A stretch of DNA of 63,058 nt, filler included. It is 9 parts of 9 records of this genome, joined end to end, with 100 filler letters (N's around TTAATTAATTAA, not from the genome) between each part and the next. Parts side by side here need not be neighbours in the genome. Positions count along the whole stretch, not along the records: positions 57,135 to 63,058 come from SRR31147125_10811; 8 more parts are not named here. The stretch is one strand, 5' to 3'. Shown one piece after another: positions 62,133-63,058 of this stretch (its first letter is position 1; every line of letters begins with the position of its first letter). A program made the position numbers and the translations under genes. The notes under the pieces were generated by a model, which searched no databases, was not told the DNA's origin, and saw only the letters and a program-made list of their open reading frames with translations.

Positions 62133-62879
62133 TTGACAAATAATTCTATTCGTAAAGAAAATAGTTTTACTGGTGAAGAGCTTTCAAAGAGCCATAATGA
62201 CATTAAAAGCGTACTTAAAAAAACGCATGGTGGTGATTTAAAAGATCATTATCATATTCAGTTTAAAGAGATGCGTGATGAGCAAGTTGTAATGCTTGCT
62301 AAAGATTATGATGTTGATGCTTTGGACTATATCTTATCCAAATACAAGGGGCTTGTGCATTTAAAGTCCAGCTCTTATTTTTTGATAGGTGCGGATAAGG
62401 ATGATATTGTTCAGGAGGGTATGATAGGGCTTTATAAGGCTATAAGGGATTTTAAGCCCGATAAGCTTGCATCTTTTAAGGGGTTTGCTGAGCTTTGTAT
62501 TACAAGGCAAATTATTACTGCTATTAAAGCTGCTACAAGACAAAAGCACCAACCGCTTAACTCTTATGTTTCGCTTAATAAGCCAGTATATGAGGACGAA
62601 TCGGAAAGAACGCTTTTAGACCTTTTGATTGCTAGTGATATTACGAACCCTGAGGATATTGTTGTTAGCCAAGAGGGACTTGACAGCCTAGAAAAAAAGA
62701 TAAATGAGTTTTTATCAAAGCTTGAGATGCAGGTGCTTTTATCTTATGTCGATGGAAAATCTTATGTAGAGATTGCTGATGAACTTTCACGCGATGTTAA
62801 GTCTGTTGATAATGCGCTGCAGCGTATAAAAGCAAAAATTGAGCGTTATTTAGAGGGTGAAAGAACTAATTTAAAGTAA
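62133..62879 (+). CDS. sigH: RNA polymerase sigma factor SigH
   Basis: YFLIGAD...QEGMIGLYKAIRDF, FAELCITRQIITAIKAATRQKH, KSVDNALQR; RBS GAGGTGG before TTG 62133. Confidence 0.93.
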   Translation: MTNNSIRKENSFTGEELSKSHNDIKSVLKKTHGGDLKDHYHIQFKEMRDEQVVMLAKDYDVDALDYILSKYKGLVHLKSSSYFLIGADKDDIVQEGMIGLYKAIRDFKPDKLASFKGFAELCITRQIITAIKAATRQKHQPLNSYVSLNKPVYEDESERTLLDLLIASDITNPEDIVVSQEGLDSLEKKINEFLSKLEMQVLLSYVDGKSYVEIADELSRDVKSVDNALQRIKAKIERYLEGERTNLK

Positions 62880-62935
62880 GGACAAGAGTCTTTTTTTAAG
62901 GGATATAATTTGTAAAAAAATTATCAGAAAAGATG

Positions 62936-62964
62936 TTGACATCAAAGGACTCGTTTGCTATACT
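62936..62964 (+). promoter_or_regulatory. Sigma70 promoter for the tRNA
   Basis: TTGACA-N17-TATACT. Confidence 0.75.
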
Positions 62965-63011
62965 ATCATAGCGGTTTGAAACAAGCGCACAAATAAAACT
63001 TAATAAATTTT

Positions 63012-63058
63012 GGAGAGATGGCAGAGTTTGGTTGAATGCACCGGTCTTGAAAACCGGC
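63012..63058 (+). tRNA. tRNA-Ser(TGA), truncated by window end
   Basis: GGAGAGATGGCAGAGTTTGGTTGAATGCA, anticodon arm CCGGT-CTTGAAA-ACCGG. Confidence 0.9.

Noticed and set aside
1-63058. CRISPR arrays, rRNA, transposases or integrases
   Set aside because: No regularly spaced repeat-spacer array, rRNA-like sequence or recognisable recombinase/transposase ORF was seen.

Overview
The window is not one locus. It consists of nine unrelated contigs joined by artificial 100-nt linkers (N-run, TTAATTAATTAA, N-run). By gene content they look Clostridia-like (1-5641, 24604-32056, 57135-63058), AT-rich and possibly Fusobacteria-like (5742-12774), and Bacteroidetes-like (12875-18816, 18917-24503, 32157-40004, 40105-46013, 46114-57034). 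Most genes are ordinary housekeeping, transport or regulatory genes. Many carry a single missing base in an A/T homopolymer, which suggests sequencing error. The best candidate for a new system is an AT-rich three-gene cassette at 16710-17904: a HEPN-domain protein, a small acidic protein ending in an SsrA-tag-like YALAA, and a SecB-like chaperone. This resembles a toxin-antitoxin-chaperone (TAC) module, and it is bracketed by a diverged 143-bp duplicate of the kefC 3' end. Other highlights are a cobalamin riboswitch upstream of an AspT/YidE transporter-porin-CWC cluster, an unannotated AgrD peptide, two unannotated Cys-rich microproteins (one LysW-like, next to a RimK ligase), a covarying REP-like doublet, and tandem esterases with GxSxP in place of GxSxG. 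All calls were made by eye; no database searches were run.
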